A stretch of 64,000 nucleotides of DNA, from the sequence record PZ452579.1; one strand, 5' to 3'. The position numbers and the translations under genes were made by a program. Positions 16,943-25,326 of this stretch are shown here, piece by piece. Source of the DNA: a phage. How positions within the stretch are numbered: position 1 is the first letter of the stretch; each line of letters begins with the position of its first letter. Under the pieces are notes generated by a model, which was given only the letters and a program-made list of their open reading frames with translations, was not told the DNA's origin and ran no database searches.

Positions 16943-17500
16943 TTAGTTTTTGTAATATCGTAAAGGGTTGATATGGAATGAAAGCATTGCGCGTGGAATA
17001 GGACGACTCAAAAGACTCTTAAGTTTCCAACCACAGTAAACACGCAGATAAAATGTAATACCACCAACCTTAAGATAAGGTATAGCAGCGAATAATCCCC
17101 ATGCAGACTCGTTCCAAACTAAAAGATATCCATGATGTGCCGGATCAGGAGATCCAGATTTAGTTTCGGCGTTGCCTTTATAGTGCCATTCTGATGAAGC
17201 TTCGCGACCTAAAACATGATACGAAAAATTATATGCTTTGTTGCGCCATAGCCAAGCTACGCGTTGAGCATATTTACCTATAACAGGAATTTTACGTATT
17301 TTAGACCAACGTTCAACATGGCCGTGGTCACCATCGATAGGATTATCGTAAGTCATCATCCAGTCAAAGCCATAAGGTAGTTTACCGGTTTTTTCACTAT
17401 GGAATGGAACTACAAATGGTGCTAGAATAATTGCTAAAATCGCTGCGATCCAATCTATAGGAACAAGAACAACCCAACTTATGTATTTTAAAAATTTCAT
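16943..17500 (-). CDS. membrane-anchored protein (185 aa), rI.-1 position
   Basis: N-terminal TM (WVVLVPIDWIAAILAIILAPFVV); late promoter immediately upstream. Confidence 0.6.
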   Translation of the reverse strand: MKFLKYISWVVLVPIDWIAAILAIILAPFVVPFHSEKTGKLPYGFDWMMTYDNPIDGDHGHVERWSKIRKIPVIGKYAQRVAWLWRNKAYNFSYHVLGREASSEWHYKGNAETKSGSPDPAHHGYLLVWNESAWGLFAAIPYLKVGGITFYLRVYCGWKLKSLLSRPIPRAMLSFHINPLRYYKN

Positions 17501-17524
17501 ATATCCTCTCTTAGTTTACAAGGA

Positions 17525-17532
17525 TATTTATA
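17525..17532 (-). promoter_or_regulatory. T4-type late promoter TATAAATA
   Basis: Minus-strand TATAAATA 25 nt upstream of 17500 start. Confidence 0.55.
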
Positions 17533-17533
17533 C

Positions 17534-17560
17534 AAAAAGCCCCAACCTTTCGGAAGGGGC
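17534..17560 (-). terminator. rho-independent terminator (identical 27-mer)
   Basis: AAAAAGCCCCAACCTTTCGGAAGGGGC on plus strand; after rI. Confidence 0.6.
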
Positions 17561-17567
17561 AGGTAAA

Positions 17568-17870
17568 TTAGATAGATGTAGGCTCTAATTTTATTTTCAT
17601 GAACTCGGCAAATTGTCTGGCAGTTTTTATGCCTTGTTCATGACATTCAAATGCATCATCACAGGGGCTATTTTTGTAATGCTTTGCCATATACTTATAA
17701 AATTTTTCAGAATTCTCAACATTTTGAATTTCGAACAAAGTATATACGTTTTTAATCCCTGATTCCATAAAGTTGTCAAAGTACGGGTCGACATATGCAG
17801 TGCCAACGATAGGAGTTGTTGCTGCAAAAAACCCCAGCATCGCCACAATGGCTATCGCTCTTAAGGCCAT
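17568..17870 (-). CDS. rI: lysis inhibition regulator RI (antiholin)
   Basis: 100 aa; MALRAIAIVAMLGFF...VDPYFDNFMESGIKNVY matches recalled T4 RI. Confidence 0.8.
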   Translation of the reverse strand: MALRAIAIVAMLGFFAATTPIVGTAYVDPYFDNFMESGIKNVYTLFEIQNVENSEKFYKYMAKHYKNSPCDDAFECHEQGIKTARQFAEFMKIKLEPTSI

Positions 17871-17882
17871 ATAGGCCTCCTG

Positions 17883-18095
17883 TTAATTTTGGCCAGTATT
17901 TATTTTTCGCCTTTGGACGGCCTTAACATCTGCGAGGTATTTTTCCAGCTTACGCTTACGAGTATAATCTGCTTTAGAACCAGTTTGACGGATATCCTCA
18001 TTTAAATGAGAAATAGAATGTCCTAATTCTCTTCGGATTTCATCCAATTGGGTTACAGTAAGATTACGAAGTTGTCTTTCGTTTAATTGCTGCAT
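17883..18095 (-). CDS. hypothetical protein (70 aa), rI.1 position
   Basis: ORF between rI and tk. Confidence 0.5.
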   Translation of the reverse strand: MQQLNERQLRNLTVTQLDEIRRELGHSISHLNEDIRQTGSKADYTRKRKLEKYLADVKAVQRRKINTGQN

Positions 18096-18122
18096 ATATA
18101 CCTCTTGGTTAGATATTAGTAT

Positions 18123-18704
18123 TTATAACAACCCTGTCAAATCATTCCAATGCTTCCGGCATAATGACACATATTTATCGGTATCACCAATTTCAATTTG
18201 TCCGCCATCTATAATTGGAAGTCCATCTTCCGTGACTCTAGCTACCATTGTGGCTTTTTTACCGCAATGACAGACACCTTTAAGTTCAACAAGCTTATCG
18301 GCGATAGCCATTAATGCTTGAGAACCTTCAAATAGATTACCTTTAAAATCTGTTCGTAGCCCATATGCCATTACCGGCACATTGTATACGTCAACAATGC
18401 GACTAAGTTGATACACCTTTTCAGTAGTTAAGAACTGAGCTTCGTCAACAAATACACAGTGAATATCCTTTTGTGCTGCGGCCCATTTATAGAATTCAAA
18501 GATATCCATGTCTTTTGTAATTATATTGGCATCCTGACGAATACCAATACGAGAGACTATTTCACCTTTTGAATCACGAGTATCAATAGCCGGTTTAAGA
18601 ACTAATACACCCATGCCACGTTCTTTATAGTTATGTGCGGCGGTAAGTAATGAAGCAGACTTACCAGCGTTCATAGCGGCATAGGTAAAAATTAAACTAG
18701 CCAT
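18123..18704 (-). CDS. tk: thymidine kinase
   Basis: 193 aa; P-loop AAMNAGKS; matches recalled T4 Tk along its length. Confidence 0.9.
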   Translation of the reverse strand: MASLIFTYAAMNAGKSASLLTAAHNYKERGMGVLVLKPAIDTRDSKGEIVSRIGIRQDANIITKDMDIFEFYKWAAAQKDIHCVFVDEAQFLTTEKVYQLSRIVDVYNVPVMAYGLRTDFKGNLFEGSQALMAIADKLVELKGVCHCGKKATMVARVTEDGLPIIDGGQIEIGDTDKYVSLCRKHWNDLTGLL

Positions 18705-18713
18705 AAGAGCCCC

Positions 18714-18896
18714 TTATAGTGAATTCACATAGTCAATGAGTTCTTGTTCTTTCCTGTCAAATGATTCCATCAATGCTTGATATTCTTCATCTGTTAAAGG
18801 AGCATATTCATCGTACGCATTGGTGGCTGTTTGCTCATCCAATAGGTCATGGATAAGTTCGAACAGTTTAGTTTTCTCTTCTTTAGTCAATTTCAT
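18714..18896 (-). CDS. hypothetical acidic protein (60 aa)
   Basis: ORF downstream-adjacent to tk. Confidence 0.45.
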   Translation of the reverse strand: MKLTKEEKTKLFELIHDLLDEQTATNAYDEYAPLTDEEYQALMESFDRKEQELIDYVNSL

Positions 18897-19114
18897 TTAG
18901 GTTCACCTTCTTTAACGAAATCTGGGTAAGGGTAAAATCCTGAGTAAAACCCTTCACCTTTATGATTGCTACAACCTTTGTTCGAACAGTAACACCAATA
19001 ATCAAAATCACAAGCCATTTCGTCATTGCATAAAGCAAAAACTACAGGCCATTCGCATTTTTCGCATTTAGCACCTGTAAGAATTTTTGTTTGGCTCATA
19101 ACAATGGTTCCCAA
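18893..19114 (-). CDS. Cys-rich small protein (73 aa)
   Basis: CEKCEW...CNDEMACDFDYWCYCSNKGC cluster, probable metal binding. Confidence 0.5.
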   Translation of the reverse strand: MGTIVMSQTKILTGAKCEKCEWPVVFALCNDEMACDFDYWCYCSNKGCSNHKGEGFYSGFYPYPDFVKEGEPK

Positions 19115-19593
19115 TCAACAATCACAATTTCTAGTTTAGTGGAATATGTATCTAAAATCTCTTCGATGACATCCCAATTTCCACCACCGATACCTGCACC
19201 AATTCTTGGCATATAAATTACAGGCTTTGTTATCTTATTCTTTCCGAATTCATTTAATTCTATTATACAATTCATTAAAGCAGAGTACTCAAAATTAGGT
19301 CCCGGCTCAAACTGTGTATAAAGATTAAAGCAATAAGCTTTATGGGTCTTAAAATATTTTTCATAAACCGAATAAGTCCCGAGTTTAGACTCGTCTCCGA
19401 ATTCGGTTTGAAGTTTATCGGCTTCCAGAATTTTTGGATAAGCCTTTGCTAATTGTCCTGCCACACCGGCGCCCATTGTATGAAAACAATTACACCCATG
19501 AGCAATATTATTACCTTTAGAAAACAGGGCGACAATATCGCCCTTGATATAGTTTTTAATCACTTGCTGCAAGTCCTCTAGTATAAGAGTCAA
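19096..19593 (-). CDS. macro-domain protein (ADP-ribose binding/hydrolase fold)
   Basis: GNNIAHGCNCFHTMGAGVAGQLAKAYP and PRIGAGIGGGNWDVI resemble macro-domain signature loops. Confidence 0.6.
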   Translation of the reverse strand: MTLILEDLQQVIKNYIKGDIVALFSKGNNIAHGCNCFHTMGAGVAGQLAKAYPKILEADKLQTEFGDESKLGTYSVYEKYFKTHKAYCFNLYTQFEPGPNFEYSALMNCIIELNEFGKNKITKPVIYMPRIGAGIGGGNWDVIEEILDTYSTKLEIVIVDWEPLL

Positions 19594-19903
19594 CTAGACG
19601 GTCCACCATAGAATTGCATGCTGCCTTATCTTTAGGTTCCGCCACCGAGCATTCTAATATTTGCCATTTTTTATAGTATCTTTTAATTAAGGTAGACGCC
19701 TTGAACCTACTAGACGCCCCATCTTTTTCTCCGTCTTTATATGCGTATAACAATTTTTGTGAAAAATCTACTTTACACTCTTGACTTTTACCACAATAAT
19801 CAGACGCCGTTCTGTTTGTATACTCCGTTACATCAGTATATGTAGTATTAGCAAGAGCGTTAAATGAAACCAAGCCAACTATTAAAGCCAACATTTTGGT
19901 CAT
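19556..19903 (-). CDS. secreted small protein (signal peptide, 4 Cys)
   Basis: N-terminal MTKMLALIVGLVSFNALA signal-like sequence. Confidence 0.5.
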   Translation of the reverse strand: MTKMLALIVGLVSFNALANTTYTDVTEYTNRTASDYCGKSQECKVDFSQKLLYAYKDGEKDGASSRFKASTLIKRYYKKWQILECSVAEPKDKAACNSMVDRLVDSYTRGLAASD

Positions 19904-20442
19904 TCTTTTATTTCCAGTAGTTTATTTGATTTAAGGTAATTAGCCTTTTCTAGGACTTCAGAAGCATATTTACTTCCAGCACTTGTCTTCCATCCCGCAT
20001 TATATGAGGATATAGCTTTTCTTATATCCCCATTATGTATATTTAACCAATAAGAAAATTCGATATAAGCCCATCTGGCTGAATTAGACCGCTTAGATAG
20101 CATTTTCTTAATTTGGGCATCAGTCATATTATAACCAAGCTGGTTAATTCTTTCCCTCATTGTTGGTAGATAGTTTTGGAACATTCCATACGCATGGTGA
20201 CCTTTCTTATCTTTAAGATTAATACCGGCAGATGATTCCTGCCATAGTATTGCGGCCATTATGTATCCAAGTCCTTTCTTATGCATATTTTCATGCGTTT
20301 TAAATTTTCCATCCTTAGAAAACTGTTCCCCAAACTGATAAGCATAATTCAAGTTATCGAGTTGGACATTACTAAAAGTATGCTCGGAGCCATGTGCTGA
20401 TAACGAAAGAGCAAATAGACCAGCGAGTAGTGCTTTTCTCAT
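19900..20442 (-). CDS. secreted lytic-transglycosylase-like protein
   Basis: Signal peptide MRKALLAGLFALSLSAHG; SLT-like QESS...AYGMFQ motifs. Confidence 0.55.
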   Translation of the reverse strand: MRKALLAGLFALSLSAHGSEHTFSNVQLDNLNYAYQFGEQFSKDGKFKTHENMHKKGLGYIMAAILWQESSAGINLKDKKGHHAYGMFQNYLPTMRERINQLGYNMTDAQIKKMLSKRSNSARWAYIEFSYWLNIHNGDIRKAISSYNAGWKTSAGSKYASEVLEKANYLKSNKLLEIKE

Positions 20443-20450
20443 GTTTACCT

Positions 20451-20909
20451 CTAGATTTTAATCACTGCTTTAGAAGCTTTTCCTGGTAGTCGTTTACTGT
20501 TAATAATAGCCATTCTGCATTGAAGAGTCTTCATTTTGAATGCTGGATTTTCGCGACAAACTGTAAGTCCTAACCAAAGATTTCCATCAGTTATTTCTAA
20601 ACGGCCTGGGCGATATTCGACACCTTCGACAAAATCTTCATCAACATCTGGACGTGCCGGCATTGATAAAAATTCTGCAACTTCTTTAACATGATTTTTT
20701 ACTTTACGAAATAATTCAAAAACGTAATTCTCATCTATTTCTCTCTGGATGGCACGATCTAAGAGATGTTGAGAATACTTGATATGAAAGCCTGGTAGTC
20801 CAAGAGACTTTGCAGCATCTTTTATACAGGCATTGATTTGACGAAACTCCGTTTCAAAGATTCGACGGAGTTTATTGCGACGGATAAAAACTTCCGAATT
20901 GATAGTCAT
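20451..20909 (-). CDS. regB: RegB endoribonuclease
   Basis: 152 aa; MTINSEVFIRRNKLRRIFETEFRQIN... matches recalled T4 RegB. Confidence 0.9.
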   Translation of the reverse strand: MTINSEVFIRRNKLRRIFETEFRQINACIKDAAKSLGLPGFHIKYSQHLLDRAIQREIDENYVFELFRKVKNHVKEVAEFLSMPARPDVDEDFVEGVEYRPGRLEITDGNLWLGLTVCRENPAFKMKTLQCRMAIINSKRLPGKASKAVIKI

Positions 20910-20937
20910 TTTTATTTCTCCTCTAGTTGACAGGTCT

Positions 20938-20966
20938 ATAATAACACAACTACTGGAGAAGTAAAC
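20938..20966 (-). promoter_or_regulatory. early promoter cassette (PeSL-like)
   Basis: -35 GTTTAC, 17 nt, -10 TATTAT on minus strand upstream of regB. Confidence 0.55.
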
Positions 20967-20970
20967 TACT

Positions 20971-21186
20971 TTATTGATAAAATGGAGTTAAAGCCCAAGA
21001 TTCTTTAGATACCATATCGGCGAAATGCCTCATCTCTTCGATTTGGCGACGACGCTGGTCAGCATAGTCTTCTTCGCCTTCTTCCTTACAGTCTTCAAGG
21101 TCTTCTTCAAGATACTTTAAGTATTCACTACAAATTTTGTTGACCTTTTCTTGAAAGTCCAATAACCCAGTAATAGTAGAAGCCAT
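20971..21186 (-). CDS. hypothetical acidic protein (71 aa)
   Basis: ORF. Confidence 0.45.
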   Translation of the reverse strand: MASTITGLLDFQEKVNKICSEYLKYLEEDLEDCKEEGEEDYADQRRRQIEEMRHFADMVSKESWALTPFYQ

Positions 21187-21452
21187 TAGTATTTTTCCTC
21201 AGGTCGAAATACTGCACGACACGCCCACATGCTGGCTTCTTTTAGATGTTGCTTAGCATACTTAAGAGCCTGCACTGCATCCATATCTTCTTTGGTTTGT
21301 TGCTCTGTTTCATTTTCTTTCAAGATATATGCTTCTTCAATCAGAGCATCAAACATCAATCCAAGACGGACTTCTGCATCTTTAATAGCGTTCACTTTAC
21401 CGATTTTATCGTCGGTATGTGGCTTGTAGCCTTTAATATCTTCAATCGACAT
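21186..21452 (-). CDS. hypothetical protein (about 88 aa; start uncertain)
   Basis: Internal ATG (MSIEDIKGYK...) chosen to avoid overlap. Confidence 0.4.
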   Translation of the reverse strand: MSIEDIKGYKPHTDDKIGKVNAIKDAEVRLGLMFDALIEEAYILKENETEQQTKEDMDAVQALKYAKQHLKEASMWACRAVFRPEEKY

Positions 21453-21666
21453 AAGGAATTTCCTCATCTGTGGCAAGGTCATATTCGACCAATTGGATAG
21501 GCTCATTAATACCATATCCACGTACAGTGATATCAGTTGTCGGATAGTTTCCAGTAATATCACCCGTTCTAAATGCTTCAATGAATGATTGCTCGCCTGA
21601 GCAACTAAACCAGGCGGCAAAACATTTTAAAACATCTTCAGACCCTTCTATAATCAATTTAGACAT
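21442..21666 (-). CDS. hypothetical protein (74 aa)
   Basis: ORF. Confidence 0.45.
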   Translation of the reverse strand: MSKLIIEGSEDVLKCFAAWFSCSGEQSFIEAFRTGDITGNYPTTDITVRGYGINEPIQLVEYDLATDEEIPYVD

Positions 21667-22028
21667 TATAGACTCTCAGTAAAGGTACGAGCGATAACGT
21701 CGCGCTGCTGTTCTGGAGTCAGAGAGTTAAAGCGAACTGCATAACCGGATACACGGATGGTCAGCTGCGGATATTTTTCCGGATGCTTAACTGCATCTTC
21801 CAGAGTTTCACGACGCAGAACGTTAACGTTCAGATGTTGACCACCTTCAATTTTAACTTTAGGTTGATGTTCAATTTCAATTTCACGGGCATTCAAACCG
21901 TAGAAAATTTCCGGGTCTACAATAGCGTCTTCTTTAAAAGTCTTAGAGACAATAATCCGGGCTTGAGTGCCGTCTTCAAAATAAATAGTGCCTTTATGTG
22001 CACCTTCAAGAATTTGATATGCTTTCAT
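21666..22028 (-). CDS. autonomous glycyl radical cofactor (GrcA/YfiD-like)
   Basis: C-terminal ...[33 protein letters not shown] glycyl radical motif; 3' half E. coli-like in codon usage and GC. Confidence 0.85.
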   Translation of the reverse strand: MKAYQILEGAHKGTIYFEDGTQARIIVSKTFKEDAIVDPEIFYGLNAREIEIEHQPKVKIEGGQHLNVNVLRRETLEDAVKHPEKYPQLTIRVSGYAVRFNSLTPEQQRDVIARTFTESL

Positions 22029-22034
22029 ATAACC

Positions 22035-22232
22035 TCAATTAGAAAATAAATTTATCCAAGTTTTTTCTTTAATCAAAAATGGGTCGGAATTAAACGCCAT
22101 TAAACTTTGAGTGATTAATCCCTTAAATGGCCCATCAATAAATTCCATTTTGAAATGCGGAATACTAGTCATCAACCGTGCATTAGGAGCAGTACAAAGA
22201 ACTTGCTGCCCTGCGAACGGACCTTTAGTCAA
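22035..22232 (-). CDS. hypothetical ORF (65 aa)
   Basis: ORF only; no clear SD. Confidence 0.25.
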   Translation of the reverse strand: MTKGPFAGQQVLCTAPNARLMTSIPHFKMEFIDGPFKGLITQSLMAFNSDPFLIKEKTWINLFSN

Positions 22233-22339
22233 ACGATATCGTTTAGGTTTAAAATGGTAAATCTCATAATTTTCTACAAGGGCCCTTTTATTGCATACTG
22301 GGCTGTTATATCAATACTCAAAAACTTCAATAGTGGTCA

Positions 22340-22879
22340 TCATTGCATTCCAATCACAAAAAATTGAGGACGAGCATTACCGCCGATGCAATATTTGCTT
22401 TTGCAGCAGTGCTGTAATGTTTTAATGTGGACGTTGTAAATCTTATCCATATCAGGAGCTTTAATAGGCTCGTCAATTATATACAGAATACGAGAAAGCG
22501 TTAATCCACGGAATTTAGAACCTTCATTGCCAATAAAACTACGAACAGAATCAGTAAATAAACGGAATCGAATATCATCGCTAGAATAACGAGAAAATTC
22601 TTTTTCAATGTTGCCAGCAGAAATTTTAGCATAAGCTGAAGTATTAGAAAGAACAATAACTGTTCCGCCATCATACAACCAATTAGCAGCAAAGTTAGTC
22701 ACAGCAATTGATTTACCGGATTGACGTCCACCGTCTAAACGAAGTGTACAGTACTGTTTGAGTACGTCTTCAAACGGTGGGATATAACCATTCTTACAAA
22801 TTTCTTCTACTCTAGCATCAGAATGGTGTGTAAAAGCATTCATCAGGGATAGATAAGGACCAGTTAAAAATGTTCTCAT
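22340..22879 (-). CDS. P-loop-containing protein (GGRQSGKS)
   Basis: Walker-A-like motif; 179 aa; weak SD. Confidence 0.5.
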   Translation of the reverse strand: MRTFLTGPYLSLMNAFTHHSDARVEEICKNGYIPPFEDVLKQYCTLRLDGGRQSGKSIAVTNFAANWLYDGGTVIVLSNTSAYAKISAGNIEKEFSRYSSDDIRFRLFTDSVRSFIGNEGSKFRGLTLSRILYIIDEPIKAPDMDKIYNVHIKTLQHCCKSKYCIGGNARPQFFVIGMQ

Positions 22880-23052
22880 TTAGTTTCTCTTTTAGGTTGG
22901 GGCCATTCCGTGGCACATGTTAGGTCCTTCGACTCGCTATGTAAACCCATTACCGCATTGCGCTCGACCTTATTACAGGTTGGAAAAGGTACATCACTCA
23001 GAGGACTCGACGTTCATGAGGAGAGGTTGCGTTTCCCTTTATTAGGCAAGAA

Positions 23053-23382
23053 TTATACTCTAGGCTTTTGAGCTTGTTTGGTATTGGATTCCCATGCGGC
23101 TTTGGTAATTTTGTTAGCGGCATAACCAAAGGCATTAGATAGAACACCTTTAGAGTTGAATACATCCAATCCAATAAGTACACCGGCTGTGTTAAATTTA
23201 GGAGCAAAGTACGCATTAGTTTTAGAAAGAGCTTTTTTCAATTCAGGGTCTTGAACCAAGCCATCAAAAACGCCTTTACTATTTACTTTATATGTTACTT
23301 TGGGATTTTTACCTTCTTCGATAGCAGCTTTCTGTTCCGCAGATAATGTAACTTCAGTGATAAACTCTTGATACGTTTTCAT
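23053..23382 (-). CDS. internal-protein-like, capsid-targeting leader MKTYQEFITE
   Basis: N-terminal 10 aa match T4 IP capsid-targeting sequence; SD AGGA. Confidence 0.7.
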   Translation of the reverse strand: MKTYQEFITEVTLSAEQKAAIEEGKNPKVTYKVNSKGVFDGLVQDPELKKALSKTNAYFAPKFNTAGVLIGLDVFNSKGVLSNAFGYAANKITKAAWESNTKQAQKPRV

Positions 23383-23407
23383 TTTGTTCCTATTGTTTTA
23401 ATTTATG

Positions 23408-23722
23408 TTATTCTTTAGGGAAGTTTTTAGAGTATGCGTCATAAAGTTTATTACCGATGCGACGGAAGACTTTAGCTGCAAAACGGTTTTCAGGGTTTTT
23501 AATCATGATTTGCATCATGTAAGTTCCTGCATCCGAAAGAGCTTCTTCGTAGTACCCATTAATTTCTTTAAGAGTCCTACGTTTACCACCAGGACCATCA
23601 ACAGTAATTTTCCATTTACCTGTAGAAGTGCGGCTCGGTGGCTCAACTTGTTCAATCCAAATATAACCACCTTCAACGCGTTGGTTGGCGGATTCTGCAA
23701 TAAATTCTTTATATGTTTTCAT
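23408..23722 (-). CDS. internal-protein-like, leader MKTYKEFIAE
   Basis: Leader matches T4 IP consensus; 104 aa. Confidence 0.7.
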   Translation of the reverse strand: MKTYKEFIAESANQRVEGGYIWIEQVEPPSRTSTGKWKITVDGPGGKRRTLKEINGYYEEALSDAGTYMMQIMIKNPENRFAAKVFRRIGNKLYDAYSKNFPKE

Positions 23723-23753
23723 TTTTTGTTTCCTTGTTTGTTTTGATAGAGTA

Positions 23754-23783
23754 ATTATACCATATTAATACTTAAGCGTAAAC
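23754..23783 (-). promoter_or_regulatory. early promoter cassette (-35 GTTTAC, 18 nt, -10 TATAAT)
   Basis: Minus strand upstream of 23408..23722. Confidence 0.55.
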
Positions 23784-23786
23784 AAT

Positions 23787-24047
23787 TTAAGCTTTACCGC
23801 CAGAAATAATTCCGAAGTTGTTAAAATCGTATCCAATATCGTCAACATCTACTTTAGGACTTACTACAACATAAGCAATTTCACTACGTTTTGCATAGGT
23901 GTTGATTTCTTTACCATCGCCACCTAAGAAAGAATACCCATTACGTTTTAATGAGCCAAAGTCTTCCGCATCACCAATGAAAGCTTTAACTTTAAATTTG
24001 GGGTCTTTGGCATCTGCTTCAGCTATAAATTCTTGATACATTTTCAT
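23787..24047 (-). CDS. internal-protein-like, leader MKMYQEFIAE
   Basis: Leader matches T4 IP consensus; 86 aa. Confidence 0.7.
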   Translation of the reverse strand: MKMYQEFIAEADAKDPKFKVKAFIGDAEDFGSLKRNGYSFLGGDGKEINTYAKRSEIAYVVVSPKVDVDDIGYDFNNFGIISGGKA

Positions 24048-24053
24048 TTTTCC

Positions 24054-24467
24054 TTAGTAAATTGATTTACCATAGTATTTGTACCAAGTCGGACGTTGAG
24101 CAATTTTTTCATCTAAGCGTGCTTGACTTATCGCAATGGACGCTTCGGACGGGACGTAATTATTACGAAATTCTACAGGGATGTCGGAAATATCCTGGAC
24201 AGTCGTGTCCTTGATTTTGAAACCACGTTTCAAACATTCGGCGATTAGCTCGATTTGTCGTAAACGTAAAAATTCAAGTTTGTCGTAAAAGAATGTTACG
24301 TGACCTGTGCCTAAGATAAATGTTGGAGAGATTTTAAAATCCTTTACACGTTTACCGTTTTGAACATGTTTACGGACTGCACCAAATACGCGTGGTAATT
24401 CACGATACTCAGCCATAAGATGTTGGTCGGTCAGTTCAGAAACAAGTGTTAAATTGATACGGGTCAT
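24054..24467 (-). CDS. denV: endonuclease V (pyrimidine dimer DNA glycosylase)
   Basis: 137 aa from [33 protein letters not shown]...; matches recalled T4 DenV. Confidence 0.9.
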   Translation of the reverse strand: MTRINLTLVSELTDQHLMAEYRELPRVFGAVRKHVQNGKRVKDFKISPTFILGTGHVTFFYDKLEFLRLRQIELIAECLKRGFKIKDTTVQDISDIPVEFRNNYVPSEASIAISQARLDEKIAQRPTWYKYYGKSIY

Positions 24468-24494
24468 AATTTCCTCCAAGTAGTTGATGAATGT

Positions 24495-24524
24495 ATAGTA
24501 TCAAAACCCTTGGAGGAAGTAAAC
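24495..24524 (-). promoter_or_regulatory. early promoter cassette (-35 GTTTAC; -10 TACTAT-like)
   Basis: Minus strand upstream of denV. Confidence 0.5.
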
Positions 24525-24525
24525 A

Positions 24526-24807
24526 CTATTTTTCTGAAGCGCCTGAAATATATTTTTCAAGTCGTTGCTTCATTAGCGAGCCGTTCTTAGCGATTTCTTC
24601 CGGTTTATCGCACATACGTAACAAGGCTTCAAGCTTAGCGATATCGCTGGTACGTTCAAATTTGCGAGTATCTATCTTACTAGCAAGTTCAGAAATACGT
24701 GCTAATAGACTTTCGGCTTCAACCAAAGCTGCACCTAGCTTAGTTGCAAATGTGTCAGTAGCTTCGTTAAGAATAGATTCTGATAAAAATTCACTATATG
24801 TTTTCAT
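24526..24807 (-). CDS. internal-protein-like, leader [10 protein letters not shown]
   Basis: ATG overlaps lysozyme stop (ATGA); leader matches IP consensus. Confidence 0.65.
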   Translation of the reverse strand: MKTYSEFLSESILNEATDTFATKLGAALVEAESLLARISELASKIDTRKFERTSDIAKLEALLRMCDKPEEIAKNGSLMKQRLEKYISGASEK

Positions 24808-25292
24808 ATATACGCTTTCCAAGTTCCTGTTTTAAATGTTGAGATTACGCGTTTCGCGCGATTAGGTGTCTGACGATACCATTTAGATTGGGCTAGATTT
24901 ACTGCCGCCTCGTCCCAACGTTTCTGTTGAAGCATACGAAGAGAATTAGTAAAACCGGCGACGCCTGCTACACCCATTTGGAAGACCATATTGACCAATG
25001 CACATCGACGAACCGCATCTAAAGAATCATATACCGGTTTAAGTTTAGCATTACCCAAGATTCCGCGAACGGCTTTATCAACGTCTTCATTAAATAGCTT
25101 TTCAGCCTCATCAAGGGTAATTGTACCGTTGCATTTACGTCCGATCATTCTGTCAAGTTCAGCTTTAGCTACGGCTAAAGACGGGTTCTTTGTTACTAAA
25201 TGGCCTATGCCAATCGTCCAAAAGCCTTCAGTGTCTTTGTATAAAGTCAGTCTAAGACCTTCGTCATTACGAAGCATTTCAAATATATTCAT
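24804..25292 (-). CDS. e: lysozyme (endolysin)
   Basis: 162 aa from [31 protein letters not shown]...; matches recalled T4 lysozyme; SD GGAGG. Confidence 0.9.
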   Translation of the reverse strand: MNIFEMLRNDEGLRLTLYKDTEGFWTIGIGHLVTKNPSLAVAKAELDRMIGRKCNGTITLDEAEKLFNEDVDKAVRGILGNAKLKPVYDSLDAVRRCALVNMVFQMGVAGVAGFTNSLRMLQQKRWDEAAVNLAQSKWYRQTPNRAKRVISTFKTGTWKAYI

Positions 25293-25326
25293 AATACCTC
25301 CCACGTTTATAGGAGGTATTTATTAC

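Noticed and set aside
22998-23216. 72-codon ORF over the GC-rich island and the first leader-bearing gene
   Set aside because: Overlaps a gene with the conserved capsid-targeting leader in another frame; starts inside the noncoding island.
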